DNA of 64,000 bases. Origin: Perna viridis. Lineage: Eukaryota. The translations under genes and the position numbers were made by a program. Shown here piece after piece: positions 60,801 through 64,000 of this stretch. Numbering within the stretch: position 1 is the stretch's first letter; every line of letters begins with the position of its first letter. The notes beneath the pieces were generated by a model. It saw only the letters and a list, made by a program, of their open reading frames with translations, searched no databases and was not told the origin of the DNA. Where the stretch lies: the NCBI GenBank assembly GCA_037379345.1, contig CM074523.1, positions 26,256,995-26,320,994 on the forward strand, given 5' to 3'.

Positions 60801-62801
60801 AATCAGTCAAGTAGTTTCAGAGGAGAAGAGTTTTGTATAATTGTTAATGACAACGATGGACGCCAAGTGATGGCAATAGCTCACAAGGCCTTTGGTATCT
60901 TCATTGTTGAAGTTCCTTAGCTGACCATATTAATATCATGACTGGACATGTGAGTGTTTTATTTATGAATTTCAATGAATTATCATTTTTGGTGTGAAGT
61001 CAAATTTTAATTTGATTGGATAATGAAGGAATTTAAACTGACCAGAAGCCATTCCATCTTTCAAGATGGAAAAATCACTATAATTCAATCTAGAATACCT
61101 TTGAATGCAGAAATCAATATTTAAAATACTCTGGATTATCCATTGTAGAGAGCATTTTAAAGATTTATAATAAAGAAAATAGCTGCAACAGGTTTTAAAT
61201 TTGCTTTCGGGATTCCGCGTTTTCCAAAGGTACATTTTTTGTACCTATGAAGCGTCACCTAGCCCACCTCCTAGACCTCGAGGTGCCTGGATGTTCAGAA
61301 AAGAGAATAATTAAACATTACACATTGTTTCGTCCCTTGGTAATGACTAGCCGGTCAGTTTCAGTAATTAAACCTAAGTATTTTCAAACTGCTGCCTAAT
61401 CTGTTCCAGATTGAAACAAAATTTTTAGCTAAAATTAATACTCTGTTTTCAACAACCATGACAACAGGTTTAGCTACATTTGTATTTGAGGAATTGGTAA
61501 GAATCGCAAAATTAGTTCATTATAGATTTCCAAATCAGAACTGACAAGACGGTGATGCATCTTTTGATCATTACTACCCAAACATCCAATCATGTTAAAT
61601 CCTGGATATATAGCACAATATCAGTAGTGAAATGCATCACATGCTCCTCTGCTGTTAGACATACTGTCCATGGCACGCTGTGTTGTTGGTAAATCATACT
61701 TCACCATAAACCAAAAGATGCTGATAGGTCTGTAAAACTTCAACTTACAGGCCGATGCTTATACATACCACCCATATAAAAAATATTAATAATGTGGTTT
61801 GCGTCTGGGTCTGGATGTGGTATCCTTCATTACAAATAGAGTATGTAAGTCTCGTGTAAGTTTCATGAGAATGGGTCCTCATCTCCCATTCAAATCATAG
61901 AGATTCGTCATTAACATAGCTTTCAATTCAATGTTAAAAGCAAAATATATTTTTGAGAAAAGATACTGATCAAAATGACAAATATCTAATTCTACTGAAT
62001 AAAAATGTTACGAAAAGCATGGAAATAGAAGATTTTGCATAGTGATACTGCGTTTACATTTCCCGGAAGTGAACAATAAAATGCAGACATCTAAAATTCC
62101 AGAAAGAAAACTGAAACTAGAACGAGACTTACAAACCCTACAACAGTAAAAAAAAAGTGGCAAAATAACAGTAAGGGTAACTAAGGAGATCATAATGGTA
62201 AACTAATCTTTGAAAACATGTAAACGTACGTTGATATTTTGAGTACAGTTTGTAAAATCTGTAATTCAGATTTCTATCAGCAGTTTGACAATAAGTTAAA
62301 CTACACTAATGATTCTGACAACTGTACCCCAAAAGACATATATCAGCTGCCAGCACTGAAAAGGGGAGGCAAGATAGAAAAAATGGTGTTCAAGTATATT
62401 AGTGTTTCTTCTTAACATCCAGAGGATCGTGTGAATAAGGAACACAATAAAAAAGGTAAAAAAAGTCCTGATCCTAGAGATGTGATAAAATTCTGTGCCA
62501 TTCTTGATAATGACGATAAAAAACAGTTGCTGAATTTAAGGTCTTATGAATCACGCTAAAACACTGTAACGAAAACAGTATAAAAATAACCTCATATAAC
62601 ACTAACAACAGAGAAAACTGGCATTTAATGGCTTATAGTAAACGGCATCCACACCCTCCTGAGAATATGCTGTGAAGACTGGGCATCTTTCTTCTGCATA
62701 TATATTTGGGTAATAATACAGAGTGGATAAAGGAACACTTAGCACTATGTATCAATGAGTTACACTTACTCAGTAGGAATAGCAGGGTCATAATCATCCA
62801 T
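9660..62801 (-). CDS. SETD2: Histone-lysine N-methyltransferase SETD2 (H3K36me3), 25 coding exons, ~5,378 aa
   Basis: The spliced ORF has AWS (MLCDC...CGEDCLNR...ECGSRCQCGEYCTNRRFQ), SET (KGFGL...FVMEYVGEV...[15 protein letters not shown]...ELTFDY), post-SET (CFCGTDKCRGTIG), WW (LPPNWKTAKDAEGKLYYYHTTTRQTQW) and SRI (DDFKHLARKLTHHVMAKE) in SETD2 order. All introns are GT-AG and phase-compatible. Exon lengths sum to 16,137 nt. Confidence 0.97.
10447..10548 (-). CDS. SETD2: SETD2 exon 24 (SRI)
   Basis: MSSYIVICLNPFRKPDCKVGRICSTDDFKHLARK|GTAAGT; 102 nt, phase 0-0. Confidence 0.95.
10909..11698. repeat. 36-bp intronic minisatellite, ~22 copies
   Basis: Unit agaaatcttgtggccatatagtgctctatcagagta, with variants agaatc/agagta and tagtgc/tactgc. 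Confidence 0.97.
11738..11880. repeat. 39-bp tandem repeat (~3.5 copies) abutting an exon donor
   Basis: cattaccacactgttgtattgggcatcagatacttagta; the last partial unit runs into the donor at 11881-11886. Confidence 0.9.
11887..11970 (-). CDS. SETD2: SETD2 exon 23 (SRI start)
   Basis: SGRKKTTTAAADTSTETAKKIKDQFRQK|GTAAGT; 84 nt. Confidence 0.92.
12852..12930 (-). CDS. SETD2: SETD2 exon 22 (WW C-terminal part)
   Basis: (R)QTQWSPPGWEDSIMDDMDIDTPPDDK; 79 nt, phase 2-0. Confidence 0.92.
13322..13503 (-). CDS. SETD2: SETD2 exon 21 (WW N-terminal part)
   Basis: IQQLQQQ...PPPPSPPKSKTPKLPPNWKTAKDAEGKLYYYHTTT(R); 182 nt, phase 0-2. Confidence 0.92.
13909..14115. mobile_element. MITE (TA-CTGT terminus, Tc1/mariner-like non-autonomous)
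   Basis: ~40-bp imperfect TIR: tgtaaaagtactattgtttgtggggtaccaattttcgagg versus ccacgaaaattgataccacaaatataagaacctttcaca. Confidence 0.65.
14690..14832. repeat. ~68-bp diverged tandem duplication
   Basis: tagggaccca..gaaaca.agaca..ggtaaaacagtac...ctcc.aaaagtgc x2. Confidence 0.7.
17605..17652 (-). CDS. SETD2: Candidate 48-nt cassette exon of SETD2 (TPTTTPAVQKDSIAER)
   Basis: atcttttgaAG acceptor, GTAAGC donor, phase 0-0 in a phase-0 intron, no stop. No homology support. Confidence 0.45.
18488..18694 (-). CDS. SETD2: SETD2 exon 20 (Q-rich)
   Basis: MQEQLMAQQ...AFIQQ|GTATTA; 207 nt, phase 0-0. Confidence 0.85.
19220..19365 (-). CDS. SETD2: SETD2 exon 19
   Basis: (G)MEQYFIDPSTGQPYPP...VNQQ; 146 nt, phase 1-0. 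Confidence 0.87.
19894..20087 (-). CDS. SETD2: SETD2 exon 18
   Basis: KVLLPTPPKMSKEERRQIFEAKVKAEEE (similar to the vertebrate EERRKLFE coiled segment); 194 nt, phase 2-1. Confidence 0.9.
20456..20546 (-). CDS. SETD2: SETD2 exon 17
   Basis: AGWDTRKKKKRPPPPPPPEDESDSDAGKP(R); 91 nt, phase 1-2. Confidence 0.85.
21041..21112 (-). CDS. SETD2: SETD2 exon 16
   Basis: SSNPDKSRRMEQLERDQDRFKQL; 72 nt, phase 1-1. Confidence 0.82.
21804..21867 (-). CDS. SETD2: SETD2 exon 15
   Basis: ELFRIPKKQQVEERKRIEREL, completing the conserved W..LKE.(F/Y)RIPKK block; 64 nt, phase 0-1. Confidence 0.92.
21938..22090 (+). mobile_element. Partial copy of the TTAA-flanked MITE family, between ~80-bp direct repeats
   Basis: gaaatcagtgatatgtttgtat...gagttgtgtccc matches 36532-36691 in the same orientation. 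The flanking repeats 21856-21937 and 22090-22167 include the exon 15 acceptor. Confidence 0.85.
22407..22946 (-). CDS. SETD2: SETD2 exon 14
   Basis: ILGTLKILPITTKNMIKDSKILSLVQRW...LADELLLNWSDLK; 540 nt, phase 0-0. Confidence 0.93.
23941..24047. repeat. 51-bp tandem duplication
   Basis: atcatacatgtgctataactaattaagaataaactagcttgagatatgatg x2. Confidence 0.88.
24329..24439 (-). CDS. SETD2: SETD2 exon 13
   Basis: DCSEDNCLRLFLDYHGLELLWTWMADSKEEWQDLKVK; 111 nt. Confidence 0.93.
24936..25013. repeat. 39-bp tandem duplication spanning the exon 12 donor
   Basis: ctggaaaatgccatatcttacctcaacaatcttcagaat x2, identical. Confidence 0.95.
24996..25124 (-). CDS. SETD2: SETD2 exon 12 (alternative in-frame end at 24957)
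   Basis: IEEELDLLSEQGLHNKKDVLNLCRLMVRAEETHHRIKILKIVE|GTAAGA; 129 nt. Confidence 0.92.
25219..25400 (+). mobile_element. Penelope-like element terminal module (intronic, antisense to SETD2)
   Basis: Most complete copy of the module; a 13-bp perfect inverted repeat at 25232-25244 and 25321-25333. Confidence 0.75.
25577..25724 (-). CDS. SETD2: SETD2 exon 11 (post-SET)
   Basis: KEAQKCFCGTDKCRGTIG...LFQEED|GTAAGG; 148 nt, phase 2-0. Confidence 0.95.
26085..26182 (-). CDS. SETD2: SETD2 exon 10 (SET C-terminal part)
   Basis: [32 protein letters not shown](G); 98 nt. Confidence 0.97.
29143..29218. repeat. 38-bp tandem duplication
   Basis: tttagatgttcaagcatagtggacggtaaactaagaag x2. Confidence 0.85.
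29583..29834. mobile_element. MITE with TA-flanked CACAGGCAAA TIRs and internal TTCACATGA repeats
   Basis: tacacaggcaaa...tttgcctgtgta; the interior is dense in tcatgtgaa/ttcacatga units. Confidence 0.8.
31476..31651. mobile_element. MITE with GGCCACATC TIRs (possibly PIF/Harbinger-type)
   Basis: ggccacatcaagtta ... taactagatgtggcc. Confidence 0.65.
32010..32660. repeat. Diverged 60-70-bp tandem array (~10 units) carrying sense-strand splice-site motifs
   Basis: Unit ccagttcaatatggctaattgcctagtcaaatatgacatatttgtaactatattgactta; the minus strand reads TTTGACTAG-21 nt-GTAAGT. Confidence 0.9.
34009..34210 (-). CDS. SETD2: SETD2 exon 9 (SET core)
   Basis: GTFVMEYVGEVLDY...[43 protein letters not shown]; 202 nt. 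Confidence 0.98.
35120..35196 (-). CDS. SETD2: SETD2 exon 8 (SET start)
   Basis: RQYADVEPFRTDWKGFGLKTNAELQ(P); 77 nt. Confidence 0.96.
35254..35464 (-). mobile_element. TTAA-flanked MITE (GG termini, Kolobok-like), copy 1
   Basis: TTAA|ggaggtagacctaaggtaaggg ... cccttaccctaagtctacctcc|TTAA; the interior is the reverse complement of copy 2. Confidence 0.9.
36118..36169 (-). CDS. SETD2: SETD2 exon 7 (AWS)
   Basis: (C)GSRCQCGEYCTNRRFQK|GTATGT; 52 nt. Confidence 0.96.
36499..36710 (+). mobile_element. TTAA-flanked MITE (GG termini, Kolobok-like), copy 2
   Basis: TTAA|ggaggtagacctagggtaaggg ... cccttaccctaggtctacctcc|TTAA. Confidence 0.9.
37399..37518 (-). CDS. SETD2: SETD2 exon 6 (AWS)
   Basis: KLSKKMKRMLCDCSITDDEKRFGVEACGEDCLNRMLYIE(C); 120 nt. 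Confidence 0.96.
37967..50491 (-). CDS. SETD2: SETD2 exon 5, giant 12,525-nt exon encoding a disordered region
   Basis: ttttacAG acceptor at 50492-50493. The 4118-aa ORF extends in frame to that acceptor and ends PQFEPVLENLYLSE(R)|GTAAGG, the conserved pre-AWS segment. Confidence 0.95.
51152..51366. mobile_element. MITE with CAGTGTTCTAGGAT TIRs (hAT-like)
   Basis: gtgttctaggattt ... gaatcctagaacactg. Confidence 0.65.
51459..51669 (-). CDS. SETD2: SETD2 exon 4 (PPYD repeats)
   Basis: (G)RGPRFDDRPPYDDD...PPYDRPPYDRPPYDD...YGPP(G)|GTCAGT; 211 nt, phase 1-2. Confidence 0.85.
54021..54221. mobile_element. Degraded TA-CTGT-type MITE
   Basis: tactgtaaa...aataattattgc versus gcaataatttcattatttacag (imperfect inverted ends). 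Confidence 0.45.
56410..56661 (-). CDS. SETD2: SETD2 exon 3 (acidic, RGRGRG)
   Basis: (G)MADLPSRYEDREG...RGRGRGRGWRRFDD...HGDRP(G)|GTAGGT; 252 nt, phase 1-1. Confidence 0.8.
57494..57753 (-). CDS. SETD2: SETD2 exon 2 (possible alternative donor at 57536)
   Basis: atttccAG|(D)EGGGGGAAAEAPVPDPAP...YYHE(G)|GTATGG; 260 nt, phase 2-1. Confidence 0.75.
58252..58867. mobile_element. ~615-bp non-autonomous DNA transposon (hAT-like CAGGGGTTGAAAATT ends)
   Basis: gggttgaaaattttttgggaagacccgagccctggact versus agtcccgggggtcgggcttgaggaattttcaacccctg. Confidence 0.6.
59552..60896 (+). mobile_element. Non-autonomous Helitron/Helentron-associated (HINE-like) element
   Basis: Starts aacaagaggctcccaggagcctg...cacctgg after an A-run, has internal ~90-bp direct repeats (60357 and 60673), and ends gacgccaagtgatggcaatagctcac..ggcctttgg. 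This layout is typical of bivalve HINEs. Confidence 0.7.
62770..62801 (-). CDS. SETD2: SETD2 first coding exon (MDDYDPAIPT-D)
   Basis: ACAATGG Kozak context, GTAAGT donor, phase 2 matching exon 2. The peptide resembles the vertebrate SETD2 N-terminal MGDFYDPEHPTPE. Confidence 0.82.
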
Positions 62802-63030
62802 TGTGTTCAAAAATACATATCAACGCGACCGCATGGTCAAGTTTCTTCCTTGTATACCAAATTTTGCGTAAATTATGGCTAAAATCTTTCTTCAATTTAA
62901 GTGTAAGATAGTTTTCTTTGTAATTGTGAAGTTTGCAGAATGCGTTTAGTGGTAAACAATGTGTAAAATCAAAATAAACGTTTTCTAGTTTCGCTTCTTA
63001 TGATGTTGTTTCCCCAGCTTTGAGGCTCTC

Positions 63031-63205
63031 GCATGGCGTGGGGTCGTACCGGAAGTAGCATGTGCCTTTTGTTTTATTTAACTTAAATCAGTTTAACAGC
63101 TTTGAATGCGTAACTTTATTAGAATAAATTTATATCGCAAAATTAATATGATTAAACTTTCATTTATTATCTGTTTTTATTAATGATAAGAGATATATGC
63201 GCATA
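63031..63205 (-). promoter_or_regulatory. Putative TATA-less SETD2 promoter
   Basis: ETS consensus ACCGGAAGT at 63048-63056, YY1-like ATGGCG at 63033-63038 and an NRF1-like palindrome TATGCGCATA at 63196-63205, in a locally CpG-richer patch ~250 nt upstream of the ATG. Confidence 0.5.
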
Positions 63206-63839
63206 AGGGCTAATGCCTTCGCCCTGCAGGAGGCCCCTCGGACTTTGGTTAATCCGGGACTTTTCCCCTTTATTCGCAGTTTTTATATGCTTTTTCAACT
63301 CTGTCTGCTTGCACGCATTAAAGTACGTATATTTATGGTGTAAAGAAAAGACAAAGCGTAAAAATTAGTACTGAAATTTAATTTAAAATCCAACAAATCA
63401 AAAGACACCACATAAGTCGCAAATTTGACTTATGACCAACTTTAAATTCAATAAAGGCAAACCACAACGTACATACTACAATAAATAAATCCACTAGCTG
63501 ACATCTAGACTGTAACCCGAAGTGATGCACCCAATTTAAGAATAAAACGCCTCTATGTAGTTATATATATTTTTTTAAATCAAGGAATTTATGTACCATT
63601 TTTATATTCAATGTTCCATAAGTATATTTTAGCCAACAAATATACAAATTTCAATAGACAGTAAGCTACCGGAATGTTAAAATCAATTTAAGTAAAAAAA
63701 ATATTGATAAATTCGCAGTATATCTCTTTTCTATTTCATTTGTGGTTAATTTTCTCACAAAAAAGAAAAAAAAACGCCGTTTTAATAACGTGAAAGAGTA
63801 ATCAAGGAACCAAGGTCATAGCGGTAATCAAAAGAATGT

Positions 63840-64000
63840 TATCCAGGGACAAAGACCAGACATGGAAAACAGACATGCAGAACAAAGAACATGAAGTATC
63901 TAAAATCATACATACAAAGTAACAAAAGCAAATGAGCAACTCGGACTCCACTGAGAACTGGGAGTATGAACCAGGGTCACCGGTAGGGTAATTAAGCGTC
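63840..64000 (-). mobile_element. Penelope-like element terminal module (truncated by the window edge)
   Basis: Reverse complement of the module at 25260-25400 (aaatgagcaactcggactccact...ccggtagggtaa). Confidence 0.75.

Overview
AT-rich animal genomic DNA, probably a bivalve mollusc (inferred from the repeat landscape). About 55 kb is one minus-strand gene, an orthologue of SETD2 (H3K36 trimethyltransferase). I traced 25 coding exons by hand from ATG 62801 to TGA 9660. All have GT-AG borders and matching phases, giving about 5,378 aa with AWS, SET, post-SET, WW and SRI domains and a single 12,525-nt exon (37967-50491). That exon encodes a disordered region with repeated short motifs: YDPxxPT, ULM-like KSRW, EEGEI, LLPTP, IPLP repeats and RS/mixed-charge blocks. 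The introns hold several splice-site-bearing duplications: a tandem array of 21-nt candidate microexons in the intron that splits the SET domain, a duplicated in-frame donor, a possible 11-nt poison microexon and a candidate 48-nt cassette exon. Inverted MITE copies flank catalytic exons. The left end has the last exon of a convergent gene with an NHR (neuralized-like) domain, a decayed Penelope-like retroelement whose RT catalytic motif is split by a second element, and several minisatellites. All coordinates were read by eye; no alignment or database search was run.
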